A program made the translations under genes and the position numbers. From Patescibacteria group bacterium (GTDB taxonomy: Bacteria; Patescibacteriota; Patescibacteriia; Patescibacteriales; JAQTRU01): a stretch of DNA of 64,000 nucleotides. The stretch's first letter is position 1. Each line of letters opens with the position of its first letter. The notes below the pieces were generated by a model. The model was not told where the DNA came from, searched no databases, and saw nothing but the letters and a program-made list of their open reading frames with translations. Shown one piece after another: positions 46,383 through 56,320 of this stretch. The stretch is from contig JAQUPG010000005.1 of assembly GCA_028716725.1 (NCBI GenBank), forward strand, positions 2,453-66,452. The letters run 5' to 3'.

Positions 46383-49300
46383 TTATGGGGTCGCCACTGG
46401 TCTTGCTGATACTTCATTTGAGTATGCACTCCCCTGACCGTTAATATTAATGGATTTAACCGCAAAATAATAAGTTGTGCCGTTGACTAAACCGGTAACA
46501 TGGCCATTTGTTATATTACTCTCGGGATAGGACTCATTATAACTGCCAGAATCAGTTCCCTGATAAATTTTATAACTTACGGCTCCGTCTGCTTTTTTCC
46601 AAGTTAATATAACCAAGCCATTACCAGCCGTGGCGGAAAGATCAGCCGGGGCGGCAAAGGGAGTCGCTTCTTCCTCCTGAGAATATGTGCCCTCCAGACC
46701 ATCGGCGTTAACAGATTTAATAACAAAATAATAAGTTGTACCATTGGTTAAACCGTTAGTCGTATATTTTGCATCTGTTAAGCCTTCGGCAATAGAGACG
46801 TCGTAAGTACCCGCAGCTTCCCTTTTATAGACTTTATAGCTAACCGCCCCAACTGCCGCATGCCAAATTAAGTCAACCTGCATATCACCAGCCGTGGCGT
46901 AAATATTAGTGGGAGTAGCCACGGGGATAGCCGATTTAGCAGCTTTTTCGCTTTCATTATTCTCTGCATCATAAGCCGCTACGCCAAAACAATATTTTGT
47001 GCCATTAGTTAAGCCAGAAATAGTCACCGGACTTTTATTGGCCGCCTGCGAATCGCCAAAATTTACAGAATCGTTGCATGTGTCAGTCGCCTTATAATAA
47101 ACCCTAAAACTTGTTGCTTCCGGATCACTGGTCCAGCTTATTGTTACTTTTCTATCTCCCGGGGTTAGAGTCATTGTCGGAATTGCCGGGCCCTCTTTAT
47201 CTTCTATTTTAATTTCGATTACGTTAGAAAGCGCGCTTTCTACATTATCTGCCCCCTCGCCGTAATAAGCCGTTATGGCAAAATAATAATTATTCCCGTT
47301 ATTTAAATCATCGGAAATATTATAGGCGGTGCCCTGCCCAAGCTCTACTGAAGTCTTATCGCCAACGTCTAAGGGAGAATATTTGCCGTTTAAATTATTT
47401 ATATTTGGACCATAATAAACTTTATAACCGCTGACACCCGTATCTTTTATACAAGTGCTCTCATCAGAACAGGGCAAACCAACTCCGCAACTTTCGCCAT
47501 TATCACATTGGCCGAGAGGGTGCCAAACTAAGCTGACCGCTTTCCCCTGGGGCAGGGCCTCTCCTGACAATAAGGCGTCAGAAGCCATACTCGGCGTTCC
47601 TTCCCGGAAAAAATAAGCTTCCTTTAGAATATCCTGAATCTTTGATTCTCCCCTGACAATCGTATCCTCGGATAAAATTGCCGGCAAATCATCAGCAGAA
47701 CCGGCCGCTCCCCGGTCGCGGCAATAGTATAATTCATAATTAGTATTATAACAGCAAGAATCGCTTCCGGCACCGCAATTATGATCATCAATGGTGCAAT
47801 TTGTACTTTTATCCCGCCACGGCTCCCAGGTGCTGTCGGCTTTAATCGGCGGCCAGGGATTAGCGCATAAAAATACATACACTTCCGCCCGGCCGGTTTT
47901 GGTCTGCCCAACGGTGCTGGCCCCCGAAACTGTATCTTCGGTTATAGTGGCCGTCGCTTTTATAAGCGTTTTTCCGTCTTTAACGTTTTGGGCCGTTACT
48001 GTCTGAACAGAACTAACGGGGCTGCCAGAATTAGTAACTTCGGCGATTTGGCTATTGTCAGAACCCCAATTCCATCCCCAATTATACCCGGTAACGGGAC
48101 TTATAGTCTGTCCGCTGGCAGAAAGCGGCTTTGCCTCAAAAGATTGAGCGGAAACGGCGCCGGCAGTTTTAAAAAGATAGCGGGGAGGGTAAATACTGAC
48201 GCTGGATAATTGGCAAATATCATTGCCGGTGGTAAATGACCAAATTTTTGCCTTAGTAAAAGTTTTGCCGCCAAAGGTTTCCGTATCATTTTCATTCAGG
48301 CCGATTTCTAAACTGGAAAGCACTCCTTTGCTGCTGTCAAGATTTTCATCGCCTTTTATAACCACATAATATTTCCGTTTTTTTTCTAAGGGTTTATTAA
48401 GGCTAAAGGTTAAATCAGTCGTCCCGTCCGCCTTATTAACTCCGTTTACCATACCGGTAAGAGCGCAATAATTATGGCTCGGGTCGGTTGTGCCGGCTAA
48501 AACTTTTCCGCCGAATAAGGGGCGTGCGACTTTAGCCAGAACTGATAAAACTTTCCTATAAAAACTAACCGCTAAATTTTTTCTTACAACCGGGCCGTTA
48601 TTTAAAGCCAAATATTGGGTGCCGGCAGGGCAGACACTGTTCTCATAATCTCCCACAACAACAACATTGCCGGAGAAACTGGCAATATCCATTTTTTCAT
48701 TGAAATTCGCGGAAATCAAAGTATTAAGGCAGACACCAGCCGCATCCCCGGCCGGGTAAACGCTGGAAACCCTGGGTTTTGCGCGACAGCAAGTATCGGA
48801 AGAGCAGCCCACCGACTCCTTTGAACCGCAGTCCTGGTCTTCTTCGCAGCCGCAATAAAGTCCGCGGGTAGCGCCGGTGCAAGGCGATTTGTTCGGGGCG
48901 CAAATCAAACCATTGGCATTAACTTCCGGCGTACCCGGGTTACAACAGCAGGTACCGCATTCATCATCAGCCGCTGTGCGGCAACTATAATCCGTACCGC
49001 AACTAAAACTGGCGTTACAAACTAATTCCGGCATAGTTGAAGCTACGCATCTCTTGCCCGGCCGGCTTACCTGCGAACATTTTTCTCCGCAATCTTTACT
49101 GGTTTCATAAACGCTTCTAGTTGAGCTGGCTACCGGATTATTATCTGAATCGCAAGCATCGCCGCCAGCCTTGCATTGATAATATTGGCAATAAGCTAAA
49201 TCATCTTTTGAATCATCATACTTAACCATATTTTTATCGCCTGTTCCGCCTCGGCAGATATATTTGTTCATAGCATCAACGCAACAAGTAGTATGTTTTG

Positions 49301-52073
49301 AGCATTCTTCTTTTGAGGGCAGTTGCTCGCAATCCCGGCAAATACCGCCTGCGACGCTGGTGTCGCAAATTTTTCCGCTAGTCCCCCCGCAATTGCAAGC
49401 CGCATCATGAGCGGATTGAGTTGTGCCAACATCAGCGCAACCCGAACAACGGCCAAAGCCGGAACCGTCATCTGACGTATCATTGCCGCAGGTGCCTTTA
49501 CAAACCAGAGGCGCGCAACAATCTCTGGCATCCTGCCCGATTTCACAGCAACATTCACAGCTTGCCTTATCCTTTAATATACATTTATCAGTTTCACAAA
49601 CGGAACCCCTTGGACAGATTTCTTGATTAATAGCGCATAAACCCTTAAGGTCATTATCGTTATCATCCAGGCAAACAAAGCCTGATCCGCACAAACTGCA
49701 ACTTAAAGTTGTATTAACGCATTTATCGCCAGGGATTTTTGTCCAGCCAGAAGGACAGCTTAATTCAGTATCAATCTGCCAATGGCCGCTGCCATTATAT
49801 TCGGCGCAATAAGCTGTTATCTCTTTATTTAAAGCATCCTTAGTCAAGGAGGGATTATTTAAATCGCAGTCTCCGGCGGTAACACATTTATTTAAAGTGC
49901 TATTATAAGTGCATTCGCCAGTGCATACCCGGTTATTGCAATAGTCATCACCGCAGCCTTCTCCGACTATTTGCCCGCCCCCCCCTCCGTAAGGCGAACA
50001 CTTGCCCGGTGAATTAGGGCAGGTCCCGCCAGAATCGCATTTGCCGGTAGCTTTACTTTTACCCAGGCAACTGAAATAAGAAGAAGGAGGAACGGTTTCT
50101 CCGGCGCCAGTGCTAAAATCCCATTCATAAACCGAACTGGCAACCGTAATATAGCAACCATCAATATTTGCTTTGCATTTGCCCTCTTCACTGCTGCCGG
50201 CCGGGCAACAAAATTTATCATCTACATTCTCCGCGCAATCATTATTGTTAGCACAGCTGCCAACGGTAAAATTCAAACCATTGCCAACCAGCGTATCCTG
50301 GACAACTTGAACCGGGCCGGTTATGGCTTCCTGATGAACTGTGGTCTCTATTTTTTGGGCGCCATCTTCATCTCCCCAGAAAGTTATCGCTGCCCCGCTT
50401 TGTTCTTTATTGGAATTAAACCTTACTTTGCTTTTAACATCATCTTTATCGCCAAAATTTTCTCCCCATAAGCTTATCGGCGTATTACTCGGCCCCCGGC
50501 TCGGCTTGATTTTACATAAACTCGGGGACAAAGCCAAACTATTTTTAACTTCAAATTTTGTACTGGAAACCGCTGTTTGAGCGCCTATTTCTACATTTAA
50601 ATCATAATTCCCATCAGCCAGTCCAACCGGCACTTTCACTATAACCTGATTATCTCTCCAAAGGCTGTCAGCGCATACCGGCGGGAAATTAAAATCAGCA
50701 TCTTTTCTTGTTGTTTCAAAAAAATAAACTCCGTTTGACCCCCTTATAGTACCAAAGCCGCTGCCGTGGATTGTTACGTATTGCCCGGGCGCACCCTGGG
50801 TCGGCTCGAAAAAAGTAATTTTCGGGCCGGCATAGGGTTCCCTATTTTTTGTAAACTTTAAATAATTACTGGTAAGGCCGTTGTTTAAAACAAAACTGGT
50901 GGTTTGGCCAACTTTAATGTCCGGCACCCCGGCTGTGCCCTGATTATCAGCACTGAAAACAGAATTCTGGGCGGCAACTCTATCCGCCTCACTGCCATAA
51001 AAAGCTGACCCCCCGGACAAGCCAAGGCCATAATAAGTAATCCTGTTATCCTTTGTCCCGGCCGCCGGGTCTATTTTACAAAGACCGGGCCGAACAGTAG
51101 TGTTTATAACAAAATCATCAAGGTTGGGGCCGCGATCATTATCAGTGGTATCCTCGCGCGCATCCGAAGTCACAACTTTTATCGGGCCGGAAACCGCTCC
51201 GGCCGGCACGATAACGATTATCTGGTTATTTTGCCAATTCTCATCGCAGGGAGCACCGGGAAATTCCGCTTCAATTGTATAACCGCCCCCATCCCAAAAA
51301 TAAACCCTGCCAGCCGTATCGCCGAAATACCGACCGCCAATAGTAGTTAAATTACCAATTGCTCCGTCAACCGGACTAACCCAGTCAATTACCGGTGCGC
51401 CCAGACAGATGCAGGTTCCAGTATCGCAAATTAAATAAGCCGAACATAAATTATTATCCGCTTCACAAGTCGCTGTCCCTCCGTCGCTGTCGCAGGATTC
51501 GCCAAATCCTCCGCCAGCCTGGCAAGTGCAGCTGCCTGTCTCGCAATAATAATTTTCTGGGCACAAAGTCGCGTCTGCTTCACAGATATCCGGACCAGCC
51601 AGGCTATCGCAAGAAATTGCTCCGCCGTCATTACCGGTTCCAGTTCCGGCACCCGGCCCGGCTCCAGGCGTAACTCCAGTTCCGGCACCCGGCCCGGCTC
51701 CAGGCGTAGTCGCCGTAAGCAACTTATTTAAAATAAAACTGGCAATGGCAAAAGCCGACAAAACAATAACCAGACCGATAATGGCGCCGGTTAAAATCTT
51801 TTTGGCCTTTTCAATTTTTTCCTCCTCGCCAGCCGCAGTCATATAAAGCCAGCCGGCATAGATAATCAGGCCAACCGCAATAATTCCCAAAAAACCCAAA
51901 GCGATTCTGATAACGTTAGCCGCCATTACTCTCGGGTCGTCTCCGCCCAATCCTATTTGCTCCCCGTATTGCATCCCGACATCAAGGCCTTGCGCCAAAG
52001 CAAAATTAGCCACTGTAAAAATAGCGGCAGCTAAAATCATTAAACATATTAAAATTTTCGTCTTTTTAAACAT
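46383..52073 (-). CDS. Giant (1896 aa) surface protein with a VirB2/T4SS-pilin-like N-terminal membrane domain, IPT/TIG domains, a long Cys-rich region, Ig-like domains and four C-terminal FN3 domains
   Basis: N-terminus has a signal peptide ...FALAQ, then two helices flanking YAGWLYMTAAGEEEKIEKAKKILTGAIIGLVIVLSAFAI. IPT-like PVIDWVSPVDGAIGNLTTIGGRYFG and PKITFFEPTQGAPGQYVTIHGSGFG. FN3-like VSYKVYKRE...GTTYYFVIKSVN and VSYKIYQGT...GTTYYFAVKSIN. Confidence 0.7.
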   Translation of the reverse strand: MFKKTKILICLMILAAAIFTVANFALAQGLDVGMQYGEQIGLGGDDPRVMAANVIRIALGFLGIIAVGLIIYAGWLYMTAAGEEEKIEKAKKILTGAIIGLVIVLSAFAIASFILNKLLTATTPGAGPGAGTGVTPGAGPGAGTGTGNDGGAISCDSLAGPDICEADATLCPENYYCETGSCTCQAGGGFGESCDSDGGTATCEADNNLCSAYLICDTGTCICLGAPVIDWVSPVDGAIGNLTTIGGRYFGDTAGRVYFWDGGGYTIEAEFPGAPCDENWQNNQIIVIVPAGAVSGPIKVVTSDAREDTTDNDRGPNLDDFVINTTVRPGLCKIDPAAGTKDNRITYYGLGLSGGSAFYGSEADRVAAQNSVFSADNQGTAGVPDIKVGQTTSFVLNNGLTSNYLKFTKNREPYAGPKITFFEPTQGAPGQYVTIHGSGFGTIRGSNGVYFFETTRKDADFNFPPVCADSLWRDNQVIVKVPVGLADGNYDLNVEIGAQTAVSSTKFEVKNSLALSPSLCKIKPSRGPSNTPISLWGENFGDKDDVKSKVRFNSNKEQSGAAITFWGDEDGAQKIETTVHQEAITGPVQVVQDTLVGNGLNFTVGSCANNNDCAENVDDKFCCPAGSSEEGKCKANIDGCYITVASSVYEWDFSTGAGETVPPSSYFSCLGKSKATGKCDSGGTCPNSPGKCSPYGGGGGQIVGEGCGDDYCNNRVCTGECTYNSTLNKCVTAGDCDLNNPSLTKDALNKEITAYCAEYNGSGHWQIDTELSCPSGWTKIPGDKCVNTTLSCSLCGSGFVCLDDNDNDLKGLCAINQEICPRGSVCETDKCILKDKASCECCCEIGQDARDCCAPLVCKGTCGNDTSDDGSGFGRCSGCADVGTTQSAHDAACNCGGTSGKICDTSVAGGICRDCEQLPSKEECSKHTTCCVDAMNKYICRGGTGDKNMVKYDDSKDDLAYCQYYQCKAGGDACDSDNNPVASSTRSVYETSKDCGEKCSQVSRPGKRCVASTMPELVCNASFSCGTDYSCRTAADDECGTCCCNPGTPEVNANGLICAPNKSPCTGATRGLYCGCEEDQDCGSKESVGCSSDTCCRAKPRVSSVYPAGDAAGVCLNTLISANFNEKMDIASFSGNVVVVGDYENSVCPAGTQYLALNNGPVVRKNLAVSFYRKVLSVLAKVARPLFGGKVLAGTTDPSHNYCALTGMVNGVNKADGTTDLTFSLNKPLEKKRKYYVVIKGDENLDSSKGVLSSLEIGLNENDTETFGGKTFTKAKIWSFTTGNDICQLSSVSIYPPRYLFKTAGAVSAQSFEAKPLSASGQTISPVTGYNWGWNWGSDNSQIAEVTNSGSPVSSVQTVTAQNVKDGKTLIKATATITEDTVSGASTVGQTKTGRAEVYVFLCANPWPPIKADSTWEPWRDKSTNCTIDDHNCGAGSDSCCYNTNYELYYCRDRGAAGSADDLPAILSEDTIVRGESKIQDILKEAYFFREGTPSMASDALLSGEALPQGKAVSLVWHPLGQCDNGESCGVGLPCSDESTCIKDTGVSGYKVYYGPNINNLNGKYSPLDVGDKTSVELGQGTAYNISDDLNNGNNYYFAITAYYGEGADNVESALSNVIEIKIEDKEGPAIPTMTLTPGDRKVTISWTSDPEATSFRVYYKATDTCNDSVNFGDSQAANKSPVTISGLTNGTKYCFGVAAYDAENNESEKAAKSAIPVATPTNIYATAGDMQVDLIWHAAVGAVSYKVYKREAAGTYDVSIAEGLTDAKYTTNGLTNGTTYYFVIKSVNADGLEGTYSQEEEATPFAAPADLSATAGNGLVILTWKKADGAVSYKIYQGTDSGSYNESYPESNITNGHVTGLVNGTTYYFAVKSININGQGSAYSNEVSARPVATP
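51639..51710. repeat. 2 x 36-bp tandem repeat encoding the Gly/Pro linker (TPGAGPGAGTGV x2)
   Basis: tccagttccggcacccggcccggctccaggcgta occurs twice with a 36-bp period, right after the pilin-like domain. Confidence 0.85.
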
Positions 52074-52089
52074 TACCTAAAAATTTTAA

Positions 52090-54141
52090 TTAAGGGCAAT
52101 TCTCCCCCGAAGGCACATTGGCCGGATTGATATTTTCCCCGGACGGGCAGCAAGACGGATTGGCATTATTGCCGGTGCACTCCGGCCCGATACTTGGTTT
52201 AAAACAATTTTGATTTATATCTTTTACCCCGGAACCTACTTGAGCCCGATATTTAATTAAATCGCCGAAAATGGAATGATTTATTTCCGCCACCGTCTTA
52301 TCCGCCTCTCCGCTACTGTCACTATCAATATCATTTTTCGTTATCCAATATCCGGGCAATACTGGCTCTGGTTGGGTAGGGTCGGGAGTTACTAGGGTTG
52401 CCGAAATCAAATTAATTCTTTTATGGACAACATCCCCGCCTTCCTTTCCATTATTTACAATTATACTGCCCGTACTTAGGCTGGAAGACATCATTGGCTT
52501 GTCAAAAGTAACTAAAATCGGATTAGCCAGATGGATGCCGGCAGTTCCCTGATTAAGGGGCTGTTCGGTATTAGAAGCATCTTCCTGGGAAATATTGGTA
52601 ATTTTCGGCGGGCTTAAATCAATAACATCGCTGGTCGAAAAAGACCACTTATAATTATCACCTTCGGCCGTATTCGGGCTCTCCTTTTCTTCGTAAAAAG
52701 TAGCCGGTCCCTGGGCTCCATTGACCCGGTTGCCGTCCAAAGAATTAAGGGCCACATCCATCACTCCGTCTAGCAAAGCGGCATCTGAAGCCGGATAATT
52801 TTCCCCGTCCGCATCCTGGCAATGCGTATTACAAACATTATAGGGACTGCGGCTGGCGCAATTATCAGCTCCACAATCGGCCAAAGTCGCCGCTTTTAAT
52901 TCCACCCTTATCTGGCTGCCGCCGGGCAAACAATAAATTTTTTCTCCGCAGCCATTAACCCCGCATTGATTGTCGCTTACAAATTCAATAGTTTTATATT
53001 GGTTGGAAACGACAAATTTACCTTGTAAATAATCATTTGTCCCTTCACATATCCCCAAATTGCATTTGAAAGAAAGGCAATCAGCATCTTTAGTGCAGGT
53101 CCCGCCGGAAGCGACTGGGGACGAGGCCGCATTCACTATTTTTATATAATCTTTTACTTCATCGGCGCTCCCGGAAACCGTTATTGGATTAATAGCTTCA
53201 TTAAAATTAATCTGAATAACAGAATTTCTCGGTTTGGTGCTGGCCGGCTTGGGTGAAACCCCCCCCTTGTCCAGCGCCCATATTTGCGGCGGCTCTAAGT
53301 CAATTTTATTGCTGACCTGAAATTGCCATTCTAAATAACCCCGGCCGCAAGTGTCAAAAACTTTCTCGCCATCTGCCTTTGTTATGTCATTACTTAGATA
53401 AATCGTGTACCAAATGCTTTCTGACGGAGAACCCAAATAGACAGTGGGCGTAAAAACGAAAGTCTTATTGTCTTTTGTTGAAACCTTAATCTCTTTAATA
53501 AACTTATCCGCCCTGGTTTCTTCATCAACGCTCTTATAAATCATAATTCTCCCGTCTTTTAAAATATCGCCGGCGTCGTCCATGACGGTCGAAGCGTCTA
53601 TTTCCTCCCTGAAACTAACTATAATGGAAGTGTTTCTCGGCACTTCTTTCCGGTCCGGTTCGGGATAAACGCTTTCAACAGTGCAAGAGCCAAGCACGCC
53701 GACACCGCCGCCGGGATTGCCGCCTGCCCCTCCATTTTCGCCGCCTCTGCCGCCCGTCGCTCCCGTCAGTTTATTTAAAATAAAGCTGGCGATAGCGAAA
53801 GAAGACAAAATAATTATTAAACCAATAATAGCGTTCTTTAAGATATTTTTAGCTTTCTCGATTTTTTCTTCGTTGCCCTCGGAAGTCATCCACATCCAGC
53901 CAGCATACATAATCAAGCCAACGGCGATAATCCCCAAAAATCCCAAAGCTACCTGAATAACCCTGGCAATCATAATGCGGGGGTCGGCATCGCCTAAGCC
54001 TATTTGCGCTCCGTATTCCATACCTAAATCCGCCTGGGCAAAAACAAGATTAGGAAGCAAAAAAACAGCCACAAAAAAAACCGAGACCAGAATAATGGCT
54101 GTTTTGTTTATTCTTAATTTGTTTTTTAGGGATTTAAGCAT
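52090..54141 (-). CDS. 683-aa surface protein with a paralogous VirB2/T4SS-pilin-like N-terminal membrane domain, Gly-rich linker, Ig-like (SbsA-type) domains and Cys-rich segments
   Basis: From FAQADLGMEYGAQIGLG to ASFILNKL it aligns without gaps to the 1896-aa protein (about three quarters identical by eye). Continues with GGRGGENGGAGGNPGGG and CTVESVYPEPDRKEVPRNTSIIVSFREEIDASTV. Confidence 0.7.
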   Translation of the reverse strand: MLKSLKNKLRINKTAIILVSVFFVAVFLLPNLVFAQADLGMEYGAQIGLGDADPRIMIARVIQVALGFLGIIAVGLIMYAGWMWMTSEGNEEKIEKAKNILKNAIIGLIIILSSFAIASFILNKLTGATGGRGGENGGAGGNPGGGVGVLGSCTVESVYPEPDRKEVPRNTSIIVSFREEIDASTVMDDAGDILKDGRIMIYKSVDEETRADKFIKEIKVSTKDNKTFVFTPTVYLGSPSESIWYTIYLSNDITKADGEKVFDTCGRGYLEWQFQVSNKIDLEPPQIWALDKGGVSPKPASTKPRNSVIQINFNEAINPITVSGSADEVKDYIKIVNAASSPVASGGTCTKDADCLSFKCNLGICEGTNDYLQGKFVVSNQYKTIEFVSDNQCGVNGCGEKIYCLPGGSQIRVELKAATLADCGADNCASRSPYNVCNTHCQDADGENYPASDAALLDGVMDVALNSLDGNRVNGAQGPATFYEEKESPNTAEGDNYKWSFSTSDVIDLSPPKITNISQEDASNTEQPLNQGTAGIHLANPILVTFDKPMMSSSLSTGSIIVNNGKEGGDVVHKRINLISATLVTPDPTQPEPVLPGYWITKNDIDSDSSGEADKTVAEINHSIFGDLIKYRAQVGSGVKDINQNCFKPSIGPECTGNNANPSCCPSGENINPANVPSGENCP

Positions 54142-54306
54142 GGAAATTTACAAATAAAATAACAAAATAATAAAATAAAAACTGATTATTTTGTTTATAA
54201 TTTCAATATTATTTTATTATTTTATTATTTCAGTTACGTTGACTATTCCACAGTTTTGTTATTTAATATTATTATAACATAAATAAAAGCCAGATGGCAA
54301 ACAAAA

Positions 54307-55764
54307 ATGACAATTGAGCAAATAATAAAAAAGGTGAGGGAAAACAACCCGAAAGCGGACACGGATATGTTAAAGTTGGCTTATGATTTTGCCGTAAAAG
54401 CCCATGGTGACCAAAAGAGAAGAACGGGGGAGCTTTATATCCAACATAGCCTGCATACGGCTTTTGTTTTAGCGCAAATTAAAGTGGATCTAAATACGGT
54501 CATTGCCGGCATCCTCCATGATATTCCGGAAGATACTGAATACACTCTGGATGACATTAAAAAAAATTTCGGGGAAGAAATCGCTTACCTGGTCGAAGGC
54601 ATAACTAAGTTAAGCAAAATTAAATATCGCGGCATCGAAAGGTACCGGGAAAGCTTAAGAAAAATGTTTTTGGCTATGGCCAGCGACCTAAGGATTATTA
54701 TAATTAAATTCGCCGACCGGCTACACAACTTAAGAACCCTGGAAGTTCTGCCTCCGGAAAAACGACTGCGGATCGCTAAAGAAACTTTAGAAATTTATGC
54801 CCCAATCGCCGGACTCCTGGGAATCTGGAGCCTAAAATGGCAGATGGAGGATATTTGCTTTAAATATCTTTATCCGGAAGAATATAAAAAACTGGAATAC
54901 AAATACGAAGTGGAAAAAAAGGTAGAGCGCCACCAATATACCCAAAAAATAAAAAATATTTTGAAGAAAAAACTAGATGAAGCCGGCATTGAATACGAAA
55001 TAGAAAGCCGGTTTAAGCATCTCTACAGCATTTACCAAAAAATGCAAAACAAAGACCGGCAATTCAATGAAATTTATGACGTTTTCGCTCTCCGGGTTAT
55101 TGTCCCGACCGTTAATGACTGTTATAAAGTTTTGGGAATTATCCATACCCTCTGGAAACCGAAAGCTAACCGTTTTAAAGACTATATCGCCTCTCCCAAG
55201 CCAAATGGCTATAAAAGCTTGCATACTACTGTTTTCGGGCCCGAGGGCAAAGCGACCGAATTCCAGATTAGAACCAAGGAAATGAATGACGAAGCCCTCT
55301 ACGGTATTGCTGCCCATTGGCATTATAAGCAAAGGAAGGGCGGAAAAGACGAGGGACAGCCCTACTGGATAAAAGAAATTCTGGACATCCAGCGGGAGGC
55401 CGAGGATACAAACGATTTTATAAAGAAAATAAAATTTGATGTTTTCAGCAACCGAATTTTTGTTTTTTCCCCCAAGGGCGATGTTTTTGAACTCCCGGAA
55501 AAATCCACGCCGATTGATTATGCCTATGCCGTTCATTCAGAAGTCGGCAATAAAGCGGTCGGAGCCATCGTTAATGATAAAATTGCCGGGTTAGACCAGG
55601 AATTAAAAAGCGGCGATTTAGTGGAAATTATTATAGAAAAAAACCGCAAAGGGCCGAACCGGGGCTGGCTTAAATTTGTTAAAACCGCCAACGCCCGCAA
55701 CAAAATAAAACATTATTCCAGTAACCCCCTAGAAAACTTTAAAAACTTTTTCCCGAGATTTTAA
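54307..55764 (+). CDS. rel: Short bifunctional (p)ppGpp synthetase/hydrolase (RSH: HD, synthetase and TGS domains; no C-terminal ACT region)
   Basis: HD hydrolase motif GILHDIPEDT, synthetase YKSLHTTV, TGS VFSPKGDVFELPEKSTPIDYAY. Only 485 aa. Confidence 0.9.
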   Translation: MTIEQIIKKVRENNPKADTDMLKLAYDFAVKAHGDQKRRTGELYIQHSLHTAFVLAQIKVDLNTVIAGILHDIPEDTEYTLDDIKKNFGEEIAYLVEGITKLSKIKYRGIERYRESLRKMFLAMASDLRIIIIKFADRLHNLRTLEVLPPEKRLRIAKETLEIYAPIAGLLGIWSLKWQMEDICFKYLYPEEYKKLEYKYEVEKKVERHQYTQKIKNILKKKLDEAGIEYEIESRFKHLYSIYQKMQNKDRQFNEIYDVFALRVIVPTVNDCYKVLGIIHTLWKPKANRFKDYIASPKPNGYKSLHTTVFGPEGKATEFQIRTKEMNDEALYGIAAHWHYKQRKGGKDEGQPYWIKEILDIQREAEDTNDFIKKIKFDVFSNRIFVFSPKGDVFELPEKSTPIDYAYAVHSEVGNKAVGAIVNDKIAGLDQELKSGDLVEIIIEKNRKGPNRGWLKFVKTANARNKIKHYSSNPLENFKNFFPRF

Positions 55765-55777
55765 AAAGTATAAAAAT

Positions 55778-55812
55778 AAAAAACGAAGGCAAGAATCGCC
55801 TTCGTTTTTTAT
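55778..55812. terminator. Bidirectional rho-independent terminator between convergent rel and the YqeY-like gene
   Basis: AAAAAACGAAGGC-aagaatc-GCCTTCGTTTTTT: a 7-bp GC core stem extended by A/T pairs, with U-runs on both strands. Confidence 0.7.
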
Positions 55813-55832
55813 TATCTGAATAATTCTTTATC

Positions 55833-56291
55833 TTATCCTAAAACTTTTTTCACTATCTCACTTACCTTATTCCCGTCGGCCTGGCCTTTGGTTTTGCCCA
55901 TTACCTGGCCCATAATCCTGCCAAAATCTTTCTGGCTTACTTCGCCCAAAGAAGCTACGGTTTCTCTAATAATCTTTTCAAGTTCTTCGTCGCCCATTTG
56001 CGGCGGCAGATACGACGCCAAAATTCCTTCTTCCTTTTTCTCCTTCTCGGCCAAATCCGACCGTCCGCCCGCGCTATAGGCTTCAACCGAATCTTTGCGT
56101 TTCTTAATTTCGGATTTTATAACTTCAATAATTTGCTCATCAACCAGTTCTATCTTCTCGCCTTTGCGTAAAGATATTTCTTTATTCCGAACTGCGCTAA
56201 TAAGCATACGCAAAACGGAAACGGCTAATTCATCCTTCCCTTGCATAGCTTTTTTCAGGTCTCCATTAATTTTTTCCAACATGCTGGGCAT
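55833..56291 (-). CDS. GatB/YqeY domain protein
   Basis: 152 aa. INGDLKKAMQGKDELAVSVLRMLISAVRNKEI... and C-terminal GQADGNKVSEIVKKVL are typical of the YqeY family. Confidence 0.8.
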   Translation of the reverse strand: MPSMLEKINGDLKKAMQGKDELAVSVLRMLISAVRNKEISLRKGEKIELVDEQIIEVIKSEIKKRKDSVEAYSAGGRSDLAEKEKKEEGILASYLPPQMGDEELEKIIRETVASLGEVSQKDFGRIMGQVMGKTKGQADGNKVSEIVKKVLG

Positions 56292-56320
56292 AAACTTAGA
56301 TAATTTTTTTAAATAAGCCG

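Noticed and set aside
46383-54157. Shadow ORFs inside the two giant adhesin genes (for example 47624-47911, 49268-49558, 51395-51673, 53681-53956)
   Set aside because: Same reasoning: they are nested in long ORFs with recognisable domains, and their translations are Pro/Arg/Gly-rich nonsense without motifs.
54973-55536. 187-aa ORF antisense to rel
   Set aside because: It is long but has no recognisable motif and is fully contained in a gene with HD, synthetase and TGS motifs. Its length is expected for an antisense frame of AT-rich coding DNA lacking stop codons by chance.
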